A stretch of 64,000 nucleotides of DNA from assembly GCA_965240325.2 (NCBI GenBank), contig OZ251224.1, positions 1,178,001 through 1,242,000 on the forward strand, written 5' to 3'. This DNA comes from Rebecca billardiae RCC1528 (Eukaryota > Protista > Haptophyta). Made by a program: the position numbers and the translations under genes. The notes beneath the pieces were generated by a model. That model saw only the letters and a list, made by a program, of their open reading frames with translations. It was not told where the DNA came from and did not search any database. Shown here in pieces: positions 47,365 to 58,246 of the stretch (positions are counted from its first letter, which is position 1; every line of letters begins with the position of its first letter).

Positions 47365-48720
47365 CTACTGCAGCTCTTCCCTTTCGTGCTCGGCAGGCGG
47401 GGCCAGCCGCATGCCGAGCGTGCCCTGCAGCTCGAGCGCGTAACGATCGGCCTCGGCCACGAGCTCGTCGGCGACGCCCTCCCGCCCGAGCAGCGCGAAG
47501 GCGGGCACGTACACCTTCATGTCCTTGCCCTGCTGCACGTTGCGCGCGCGCGCGCTCTCCTGCTCCGCGCGGAAGGGCGCGCTCGAGCGGCGCTCGTCGT
47601 CCTGCTCGTGGCTGAGCGCGCACACGCGCGCGATGTGCGCCGCGGTGGCGTCCGCGTCGTGGCCCGCCTCGACCCACTCGAACGCCGGCTCCTTCCGGAA
47701 CCACTTCATCTGCGCCGCCGCGTACGTGCGGCTCGCCTGCGCGAACGCGTGCACAAAGCGCCACCACGCGGCCGCGTCCCCGGCCGCGTGCTCGGCGCGC
47801 AGCAGGTACTCGATGGCCTGGCGGTAGCCCACGGCGCGGCCGGCGGGGCTGTCCGGCCGCAGCTTGCGCGCGCGCAGCAGCTCGTACGTCTCGCGCAGCA
47901 GCCCGCCGAGCAGCATGCGCTCGCACCGCTCGTCGATCCTGCGGCTGAGCTCGGTCCGGTCCGCGTGCAGGAAGAAGCAGCGCAGCGCACACGCGCCGTG
48001 CACGAGCTCGTGCGGCGCGCGCGTGGGCTTGAGCGCGGAGAGCGGCGCGTTCGTCTGCCGGGCGATCGTGATCGATCGCGCGAGCCGGTACCAGTCGTTC
48101 CGGCTCAGCGACGCCGCGCGCTCCGCGTCCAGCGGCGCCAGCAGCGCGAGGCCAGCGTCCCAGTCTGCCGCTGCCTCGAGAGGCTTCAGCTCCGCACCGA
48201 CCGCCGCGGCGAGGGCCGGGTCGGCGCGCGGCGCCGTGGGCGGGCCGGAGGCGAGCCAGCGCATGTACATTGACGTGCCGCCCACGCAGATCGGCAGCGC
48301 CCCGCGCGCGCAGATCTCGGCGACCGCGTCGCGCGCGCGCGCGTAGAAGTCGCCCGCTGAGAACGGCTCGCGCGGATCGGCGACGTCCAGGAGGTGGTGG
48401 CGCACGGCGAGCTGCTCGGCCGGGCTGGCCTTATTCGAGCCCACGTCGAGCTCGCGGTACACTTGCACGGAGTCCACCGACACGATCTCGCCGCGGAGCT
48501 GCGTGGCGAGTCGGAGCGCGACGGCCGACTTGCCCACGCCGGTCGGGCCGGCGATGAGCACGACGACTGGCCGCGGCGGCGCGGCTGCTGCGGCTGGGCG
48601 GGCGCGCAGAGCTGTGCGAAGGGTCCGGCGGCACGCCGGCGACGAGCACACCGACGCCATCACCGCCGCGCTCGCGAGCGCCGCGGCCGCGAGCGTGGTC
48701 GTCGCCGTGACGTAGTGCAT
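47365..48720 (-). CDS. miaA: tRNA dimethylallyltransferase (MiaA/IPT), organelle-type
   Basis: IAGPTGVGKS, IVSVDSVQVYRELDVGSNK, HHLLDV, VGGTSMY, RAVGYRQ and SRTYAAAQMKWFR, with an N-terminal targeting-like leader. Confidence 0.92.
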   Translation of the reverse strand: MHYVTATTTLAAAALASAAVMASVCSSPACRRTLRTALRARPAAAAAPPRPVVVLIAGPTGVGKSAVALRLATQLRGEIVSVDSVQVYRELDVGSNKASPAEQLAVRHHLLDVADPREPFSAGDFYARARDAVAEICARGALPICVGGTSMYMRWLASGPPTAPRADPALAAAVGAELKPLEAAADWDAGLALLAPLDAERAASLSRNDWYRLARSITIARQTNAPLSALKPTRAPHELVHGACALRCFFLHADRTELSRRIDERCERMLLGGLLRETYELLRARKLRPDSPAGRAVGYRQAIEYLLRAEHAAGDAAAWWRFVHAFAQASRTYAAAQMKWFRKEPAFEWVEAGHDADATAAHIARVCALSHEQDDERRSSAPFRAEQESARARNVQQGKDMKVYVPAFALLGREGVADELVAEADRYALELQGTLGMRLAPPAEHEREELQ

Positions 48721-48885
48721 GCCGGCCAGTGCCGCGCGTGCGTCCGCGTGGGCGGCCGCCGAGTCCGGGGCCGCAATTGTTACGGCCGGGCGGCCAAACC
48801 GGGCGAATAAAAACTGTTAAAACTGCCGACGCCTCCCGCTCCCGACACCGACACTGCGCTCGCCTGGCGCGCCAACCGCTGACCC

Positions 48886-49762
48886 ATGACGTCCACGTTC
48901 ACCAGCTTCGCCGCCCGAGGCCTGGCGAATCGCGACAGCCGCTCGCGCACCGACCCGTTCATCCGCGTCTCCGTCGGCGATCGCTTTGCCGACACCGCGG
49001 AGCTGCGCAACTCGCTCGACCCGACGTGGCCGGAGACCGAGGCCGTGCGGCTGGCGCTGCAGGGCGCGACGTCCGTGCGCGTCGAGGTGTGGGACTACGA
49101 CTGGGCACGCGATGCGTCGGGCGCGCCCGTCGCGGGCGCGCACGACTCGTGCGGCTGGGCCGACGTCGACGTCTCCGAGCCGCAGGGCAGCGGCACGTTT
49201 CCTCTGCAGGGCGGCGCGGCCGGGTCGACGGTCTCGCTCGCGTGGACGACGCCCGAGCAGCCTGGCGGGGAGGCGGAGGAGGCCACGCCCGCACGCCCGC
49301 CGCGCGAGCCCGCCGCGCCGCGCATCGCCACGTTCAACGCCATCTCGGCGCGCAACCTCCCCAACCTCGACGGCCGCTCGCGCACCGACCCGTTTGTGCG
49401 GCTGAGCGCGGGCGCGTCGAGTGCAGACACGTACATGGTGCGCAACACGCTGGACCCGGTGTGGGCGGACGCGGTGAGCCTCGAGATCACCGGCGCGTCC
49501 ACCGTGCGCGTCGAGGTCTTCGACTTCGACTGGGAGCGCGACGCGTCCGGCTCGCTCGCACCGGGCGGGCACGACAGCTGCGGCTGGGCGGAGGTGGACG
49601 TGCGCGGTGAGGCGGGCGGCGGCACACTCGCGCTGCAGGGCGGCGCGGAGGGGAGCAGCATCACGCTCTCGTGGGCGACGTCGGGCGGCGCCGCCTCGGC
49701 GGCAGCCCCGGCGCCCGCGCCCGCGCCCGCGGTGCCTCCGACGCCCGCGCCCGCAGCCGCCC

Positions 49763-49796
<34 letters not shown>

Positions 49797-52679
49797 TGCG
49801 CCTGCGCCCGCGGCTGCGGCTGCGCCCGCCTCCGCGCCGGCCGCGCCCGCAGTCGTCGTGCGCCGAGAGTTTCGAGCGCTCTCGCGGCGCGAGCAGGAGC
49901 GCGTGATCGGCGCGTTCCGCCAGCTGATGCACGCGCCGTCGGGCCCGGGCTCGAGCGAGTACGCGCGCATCGCGCAGCTCCACGCCGACTTCTGCCACCA
50001 CGGGCAGGAGAGCTTCCCCGCGTGGCACCGCGCGTACGCCCTCGAGCTCGAGAGGGCGCTGCAGGCGGCCGACCGCGCGCGCGGCGGCGACGGGCGCGTC
50101 GCGCTGCCGTACTGGGACTGGACGTCGCTGCGCGCGAACGAGGGGATGCCGCGCGCGCTGCGCGACGCGTTCGGCGAGATGCCCGCCGACCTGGTGGACG
50201 CGTCCACGCACGCCCCGCTCGCCGAGCGCGGCTACACGCGCGTGCACGCGGACAGCGCCATCTATCAGCGGCTCGGCGCGGCGCGCGCGGCGCAGCAGGC
50301 GGCGGTGGCGCTGCAGCAGCCGCAGCACTGGCAGCACGCGTCGACGCGCTGGCGCGGCTCCTTCGAGGGCAACTCGGTCGAGGCGCCGCACAACGCGGTG
50401 CACAACGCCGTCGGCTTCCCGATGACGTCCACCCGGTGCGCGCGCCAGCGCACGCCGGCAGACCAGCGCGCGCGAGCCCTGCGCGGCCGCGCACCTGCGC
50501 GCGGCCGCGCGCGCGCGCGCGGCCGCCGGCTGACGCACGGCGCGGCGCGCGCGCGCGCACGCGCGGTGCAGGTACGCCTCGTTCCACCCGATCTTCTTCC
50601 TGCACCACTGCAACGTCGACCGCCAGCACGAGGCGTACCTGCAGCTGCACGGCCGCGCGGAGGTGGAGGCGGAGTACGTGGCCAGCCAGCGCGCGCTCGA
50701 GGCGCGCGGCGAGCCCAACCGGTACGAGGCGCCGCTCGAGCCGTTCGCGCACCCGCGCACGGGCGCGGCGCTCACGCCGGCGGACTGCTTCGACGCGCGC
50801 GGCCTCGGCTTCGAGTACGACGTGCTCCCGCCCGCGCCGCCGCTGCAGCTGCGCGCGCCGCCCGTGCACGCGTGCTTTGACGGCATCGAGCCGCTGCAGC
50901 TCGACTTCAAGTCGTGGCTGCTGCATGTGTTCGTGGCGGACGCGGTCGCGGAGGGCGCGGGCGCGTTTGGCAGCGCGGAGTGGGCGGCGGCGCTCGGGCC
51001 GTCGGCGTGGTTCCGCGACCCGCGGTACGCGGGCTGCGGCGCCGTCTTCGGCGGCAAGGCCACCGAGTGCGCCGGCTGCGCCGAGCGCGAGCCGTACAAC
51101 GTGTGCGTCGACGTGTCCGACGCGATGCGCGCCGCGCGCGTGACGCGCGCGGAGGCACGGCTGGTGGTGCTGTGCGAGGACGAGGTGGGCGGGCTGCGGC
51201 TGCTCGGGGCGGAGGGCGTGGCCGGCGTGCCGCAGCCCGTGCTCCGCGGCCCCGCCTTCGCCGAGCCGCTGCCGGGCGTCGACCACGCCGAGGGCAGCCC
51301 GCCAGCCGCGGACGCGGCCCACGACGAGACCGAGCGCGCGCAGCTCGTGCGGCTGCTGCGCCGCTACGGCCAGCTGGCGGACGGCGCGGCGGAGGAGGCG
51401 GCGGTTGAGGACGAGGCGCTGCGCGCGGCGGTGCGCGCGGCGCAGGCCGCGCTGGGGCTGCCGCAGACCGGCGTGTGCGGCGCCGAGACCAAGGCCGCCC
51501 TCCGCCGCGCGCGCGCCGACGACCTGCGCGACGACGTCGCCGACCGCGCCACGCGCGCGCGCGCCGAGCGGGTCCTGTACCACGTGGGTGCCGTGCCTGC
51601 GAACGTGGCCGCGCGCGCGCTGCTCGACGACGTGGCGGCGGCGCTGCGCGCGTGGGCCGAGCACACGTCGATCCGCTTCGCGCGCACGCTCGACGCCGCC
51701 GCGGCCACGCTGCACATCCGCTGGGTCGACCTCAGCGCCGCCTCCGCCTCCGCCTCCGCCTCGGGCGCGCACGCGCCGCCTCTGGACGGCGTCGGCGGCG
51801 CGCTCGCGCACGCGACCGCCAACGCCATCGAGCTCGACCTGGCGGAGCTGTGGCTCACGAGCGGCCAGCCGGCACCGCGCCCGGCGGGGCCGCGGCCGGG
51901 GTACCGCGTCTTCGAGGTGCTGCTGCACGAGGTGTGCGCGCGCGCGCTCGCACACACGCGGCACACGCGGCCAGGCCCGTGAGTGTGCACGTTGCAACCG
52001 GGCCTGCGCTCTCAGGCAGTGGCTCTCAGGCCGCTCGGCTCATCCTCCCCTCCTGCGCGCGCGCCACGCGTGTCCGGGTGCGCGCGCAGGCGGGCCACGC
52101 GCTCGGGCTGGGCCACTCGTCCGACCCGTCGGCGGTGATGAGCCCGTACTACGTCGAGGGCCGCACCGCTCTCACGCGCGCAGACATCGAGCGCGCGGCA
52201 GCACTGTACGGGCCCCCGGCTTCCAGGGCGGCGGCGGGCAGCGCGGACCTCGACACCAAGCTGGAGGAGGCGGCGCTGCGCGAGCGCTTCGTCGCGGAGC
52301 AGTATGCCGCCGTGGCCCGCGCCCACGCCGGCCGCGTCGAGGTGGCGCACGCGCTCGGCCTCCTGAAGACCATCGCGCCCGTCCTCACCCACCGGATGTC
52401 GGACGCGGTGCGAGCCGCGCGCGCGCGTGCGCGCCTACGCGCGCGCGGTGCGCTGGGCGCGCGGCTGGCGCGCGCACGCTCGGCTGCCCTGACGGCGATG
52501 CCGCGCCCGGCGCGGTGTCCGCCCTCGCTGCCGCCGACCCACAGGCACTGAACGCCCTCGTCCAGGCCACGCTCGGCGCGGCCGCCTCGCCATCCGACAG
52601 CCTGGAGTACGGCGCGCTCGCGAGCTGCTACAACGCGGTCGTCGACCGGTCTCGCCTGGCTGCCTCGGCCCATGCGTGA
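48886..52679 (+). CDS. Multidomain C2-C2-tyrosinase-matrixin (M10 metalloprotease) fusion, 4 exons (48886-50435, 50572-51931, 52090-52407, 52545-52679), ~1120 aa
   Basis: Two C2 domains (TDPF..VWDYD / VFDFD), a Pro-Ala linker, CuA (LHADFCHHG..FPAWHRAY), CuB (PHNAVH..FHPIFFLHHCNVDR), an MMP prodomain-like GLPQTG..ET..AL, and HEAGHALGLGHS.DPSAVM.PYY formed after splicing. Confidence 0.85.
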
Positions 52680-53339
52680 GGTTGCCAGTGCTGCCAGGCT
52701 GGCCTGCACGTGGCCACCGTTGGGCTGGCGCCGCTGGGCTCGTTCACTCGCGACGACGACTCTTCCTGCACGTCGAGCGAAGTGCCAACCGCGCAACCGA
52801 GTTGAGCGCCGCGGTGCCGGGCGCTCGGCCTCTGTCGAGTGTCAGCGGCCGTACAGTAGTCTTTACTCTTTAGTATGTAGTACGCCGAGCGGTCGCAATG
52901 CATGTCAAAGAGTCGTGATGTAGTCCAGCCTAGCATGAGGCGGGCTATCGGTGAACCTGGGCGTACAGTAGGTCTACAACAAGGCCGCCTAGTGGCTACC
53001 GCTAGCCGTAGTCGGTAGTGGATCAATTTCTGGTCAGCCACTTGCGCCGGCATCATGCGGGCCAGTGTCCAGCGCCGCTGGGCGCGAAGGCGTGCGCGCA
53101 TGCCATGTGCTAGACCGTCGAGTCGGCGACCAATGCCGAGGCCCCCGCGCAGCGCTTCGAGCGCGGTGCGTCCGCTCGCGCGGCGCACGTGACGCACATC
53201 CCGCACGCGCCGTGCGCCACTGCGCCCGTCACCGTTGGCCGGACTCCGGAAGCGGGAAGCCCGTTCCTGTGAACTCGCGTCCAGCGTGCCTGCGCGCTTG
53301 CCTCCTCACACCGCAGCTGCCCGGCCTCTACGCCGAAGC

Positions 53340-55455
53340 ATGCCACCACGCGCACGCGGCTCTGGGGGTGGGCGCTCGGGCCGCGGGGGTGGGCGCGCCC
53401 GCCGCCCGCCGCCCGCCCAGCCCCAGGACCCGCTGGGCGTGCTCGCGCCCGTGAACGTGGACAGCCTGCCGCCGGCCGTGCTCGCGCTGTACGCGTGCGA
53501 GTACGACGAGAGGCACTCGGTCAAGACGGTGCTCACGCGCCACGGCCTGCAGCTTGCACTTGACCGCATGCACCTCGTGCAGGGCGAGGACTCGGGCTCG
53601 GTGGGCGGCGACTGGGACGACGACGACGACGACGACGATGAGGAGTCATGGGATTCTGACGACCCGTCGCCGCGGGCCGCCGGCATCATCTTCCCGCCGA
53701 TCCTCGCGTCGCACGTGGGCGACCTGGTGCGCATGGTGGTCGACCGCAACGCGTACGCCGTGCACAGCACCGAGTACGACGACGGTGGCGACCCGATCGG
53801 CTGGGTGCCGCGCACCGCGGCGATCGTGCTCCGCGGCCTCGGCGCGCTGCACGGCGCGCACGAGCTCGCGCTCAGCGACGCGCAGGCGTCGGTGCTCGTG
53901 CGCGCGGTGTGCGCGCGTCCCGTGCACGAGGGCCTCGGCCACATGTCCGAGTTCATCGAGGCCGGCTCCATCAGCCTCGGCTGGAACCTCGCGCGCGCGC
54001 TGCCGTCGGTGCTCGGCGCGGAGCGCGCGCTGCGCGAGCTGGCGGCCTTGCTGCCTGGGCTGCCTGCCTCGGAGGAGGGGCTGCACGCGCGGCTCGGCGT
54101 GGCGGAGGCGCTGGTCGCGCTGGCCGATGAGGTCGAGTGCGCGTCCTCCCCACAGGCCCCGCCACCGCCGCCGCAGCCAGCCGCCGCGGCTCCGGCCGCC
54201 GCTCCGGGCGCGGCCGCCGCCTCCGCGCCCGCCGGCACCATGCGCGCGCGCGCCGTGCAGGCGCTGGTCTGCGACCTCGAGCGGGTGGTGGGCGAGCTGG
54301 TGCGCGCGACGCGGGTGCCGGAGAGCTCGGAGGAGGTGGTGAGCCGCACGCTGTGCAAGTACGGCAGGCGGCTCGTCGAGCTCGCCCTGCTGCCGCCGAG
54401 CGTGCCCCTCGCCGCCACCGCGTGGACCCACACGGCCGTCGGCGCGGCGCACAGCGCGTACAAGCTGGGCCGGCTGGAGCGGCTGATGGCGGGGGTGGGC
54501 GGGCAGAGCCCGGAGGGCCCGAGGCTCCCGTCGCTCGCCGCGCTGCGCTCCGAGCCGGAGGAGGTGCAGGTCCAGGGCTCTGACGAGTCGGACGCGAGCG
54601 AGGACGAGGACGCGCCGGCTCCGCTCGGGGCCGGCGGCGCGGCGGCGCGCGCTCGCGCCGCGCCGCCGCCGCCGCTCAGCGCGCTGGCCGCGCCCGCCGC
54701 GCGCGCGCTGGCGGCGCGGCGCTGGGCGGTGCCGCTCGCCACGCGCGAGCGCGCCGCCGCCGCCCTGCTCGCCGCCGCGCGCGCCTCGCGCCTCTCGGCG
54801 CTGCCGTCGGGCGGCGTGCTCGACCTGCTCGAGCAGCTCGGCGTCTCCCCGGATCCCCTCGATCCAGGAGTCCGGGACTTTGGCGCCAACGTGAGCGCGC
54901 TCACACTCGGGCGCATGAGCTCGGAGGAGGAGTCGGGGGAGGCGTGGCGCGCGGAGTGCGTGCGCCACCTCGCGCGCGTGCGCGCGCTCCGCCTCGACGC
55001 GTGGGCGCGCGAGGTCGACCAGCAGGCGGACGCCGAGCTCGCGCGCCGACCCGCGCCGAGCGCGCGGCCGTCGGCGCCGCCCGGCGCGAGCGCCGGCGCG
55101 CAGGGCGCGGCCGCGGCGATGGCGGAGGACCGCGAGTACGCCGCGGCGCGCGGCGCGCTCCTCTCCGCGCGCGCGCCCGCCGAGCCCGCGCTCAGCGCCG
55201 CCGACGAGACGCTCGCCGTGCTGCGGCTGCTGCTCCCGTACCGCAAGCTCGTGCCGGGACTTTCCGCGAAACTTCCGCGCGCGGCGCGCGGCGGCGGCGC
55301 GCCGCCTGCCTTCGCGCAGATCCAGACGAACGCCGAGGAGCTGATGGAGTTCTTGCGCGAGGGGCTGGAGCGGCTGCGCGCGGGTGACCGCGCGCTGCAC
55401 CGGCACACGGCCGAGTACGCCGCCCCCTCCGTGCTGCAAGAGTCGTTCGAAGCGC

Positions 55456-55502
<47 letters not shown>

Positions 55503-56343
55503 CCCGCGGTCGTCGGGCCGGGCGGCCCGGTGCCCGACCCGGGCGCGCTGCCCACGCGCGTGCTCGACTGCATCTGCATGGAGCTGCTCAGCAACCTCGT
55601 CCACAGCGGCGGGCGCGCGCGCGCGGTGCTCGCCCACGCCGAGTGCATGCGCGCGCTGCTCGCGCTCGGCGCGGGCCGCATGGGCGCTGGCGACGCGGCG
55701 GGCGGCGCGGGCGGCGCGGCCGACGGCAACGGCGCGGCCGGCGGCGGCGGCTCCGACGGTGCCGAGGAGCCCTCGGCCGGCGTCGGCGTGTGGACGGCGC
55801 GCGCGCTCCTCGAGGAGCGGCGCGTGCTCTACTTCCTCGGCGCGCTCAGCCACGGCCTCGCCACCGCCGAGCGCAGCGGCATCAAGGAGGAAGGTTGGAC
55901 GCTGCCGCCCGCGTCGGCGGACGCGCGCGCCGCGCCCGCGCTCGTGGAAGTGACGCTGCCGAGGATCAAGGGGGCGCTGCGCGCGGCGGGGCGCGCGTAC
56001 GAGGCCGCGCCGAGCGGCGCGCGCGGCGCGGGGCAGCGCGCGTGCGCCTCGCTCCTCGTGCGCGAGGCGGTCGGCGTGGCGTCCAACATGCGCGTGCTGT
56101 CCACAGCCACACTCTCACGGCTCGCGGGCTCGGAGGTGTGGGGCGCGGCGGTGGCGTTGCTCCGCGCGCCGCGCACGCCACACCCGGCGCGCTCGGCCGT
56201 GCTCAAGTTCTGCGTCGACCTGTGCCAGTGGAGCTTCCCGCCCGCCGACTCGTCCTTCAGCGCCAACACGCAGGTGGGCGCGCGGCTGCTGCGCAGCGGA
56301 CTCGTCCCGCTGTGCACCGAGCGCGCGATGCTCGCCGTCCCGA

Positions 56344-56374
<31 letters not shown>

Positions 56375-57830
56375 GGGCGCGGACGGCGGGGACGGCGGCG
56401 GCGGCGCGGACGCGGACGCCGAGGCGCCGCCCGCCGAGTGGCTCGGCCTCGCCGGGTACGCGGTGGGCCTGGGCGACTACGCCGAGCACGCCACGCGCAG
56501 GCTCGCCGGCCGGCGCGGCGACGGCCCGCGCGTCTCCGCTGTGCCCGACCGGCCGAGCGCCGCCGCCGCCGAGGCGGAGGGCGCGCGCGAGCGCGCGTAC
56601 CAGCGCGCCGCGGCCGCGTCGGCGCGCAGCGAGGGCGTCGTGGCGCTGCGCTGCCTCGGCATCCTCACGCGGATGGACGACGCGCGCGAGCTGATGGCCG
56701 ACGCGGACGACGCGGCGGGCGAGCCCGGCTGCTCCCTCCTGCGCCACGTCGAGCGGCTGTGCGGCTGCGCGCGCGGCGAGGGCGCGGCCTCGCTCGCGCC
56801 AGAGGTCGAGGCTTGGGTGAATGAGGCGCTCTTCGCCGTGCTGCACCTCGCGTGGAGCCCGCGCTGGCGCGCGCGGTTCGCGGCGGCGCACGCGCAGCCG
56901 ACGCTCGCGCGCATCGCGTGCCGCTTCGCGCGCCGGCTCTGGGCCACGCACCCGTTCACGCTCGCGCACGCGCGCACGGCCGACCTCGCTTCGCGCCCGC
57001 CGGCGCTGCGCCGCGTGCGGCAGATTGCAGGCGTGCCCACGTCGCGTGGGCTGCGCGCGCTCGCGCGCGCGGTCGCGACGAGCGGCTGCCTGCTGTACGA
57101 GGAGGAGCACTTTGCGCCACTGATCGGGGACGGGCTGTGGCGCGAGCTCGTCGGCATCGCACTCGAGCTCCCGTGGTTTGAGGTGCAGAAGTTCGCCACG
57201 CTCGCGATCGGCAACATCTGCCTCGCGCCGCGCGGCGCCGGCCGCGGCCCGCCGCCGTGCCAGCAGCTGCGCAGCCTGCTCACCGAGCCGCAGGCGGTGG
57301 CGATGGTGCGCGCGCTGCTGGACAACCTCTACTACGAGACGCAGGACTACAGGGGCGAGGCCCTCGAGGAGCGCATGCGCAAGGAGATGGCGCAGCCCAC
57401 CCTGCGCACGCTGCCCATCCTGCACGGCGAGGCGGGCTGGTCGGGCGCGCTCCGCGCCGCCGCCGCGTGCCACGGCGACGAGAGCGTGCACGGCTCGCGC
57501 GAGTGGCTGCTCGAGAACATGGTGGCGACGCTGCCCTCGCCGAGCGCGGGCACGGGCGCGTCGGTCGTCCCGCGCACCGCCGCCGACTTTGCCGCCGCCG
57601 CGCCCGGCCGCGACGCGCTCGCGCGCCGGTGCGCGCACTGCGCCAAGCGCGAGCCGCAGCGCGGCGTCTTCAAGGTGTGCAGCGCGTGCCGCAGCGCGGG
57701 CGTCGAGACGCTCTACTGCGACAAGGAGTGCGCCAAGGCGGACTGGAAGGGCGGCGGGCACAAGAAGGTCTGCGGCGGCCGCGCCGCCGCGCCGCCGCCA
57801 GGCGCCGGTGCCGGCACGCCGCGCTCGTGA
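53340..57830 (+). CDS. Large alpha-helical (ARM-like) protein with a C-terminal MYND zinc finger
   Basis: CAHCAK..FKVCSACRS..YCDKECAKADWK..HKKVC. The first ATG is at 53340. Confidence 0.8.
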
Positions 57831-58246
57831 GCCAGGCGGCGGCGACGCCGGCCGGCCGCGAGCAGGGCCGACGGCCGGCTGGAGTGGCTGACGATGCTCA
57901 GCCATCGCGCGTGCGCGCGGTCGTGCGCTCGTCAAACCGCCGCGGCCGGCAGCCGCCGGCGCCGGTCGGCGGGCGCAGCAGCAGCCGCCGTGCCGCGCGG
58001 ACAAGCAGTTCCAGAACATGAGTAAGCTACTACTGCGCTGCTGTAATACTATATACCTCATCATGGTCGCGTCATCATAATCGCGTCGTATAAAAGTGTC
58101 GTCATCTGCTATGCTATCATGATATTGTCTGGCGGCGCAAACTGCGCCGCCAGACGCGTATGATTCGGAGGTCGTCCGAGGTGCGAGGCCAGGGAGGATG
58201 ACGTCTCGACTGCTGCTGCTCGCGTCGTCATCATCGCACTACAGTC

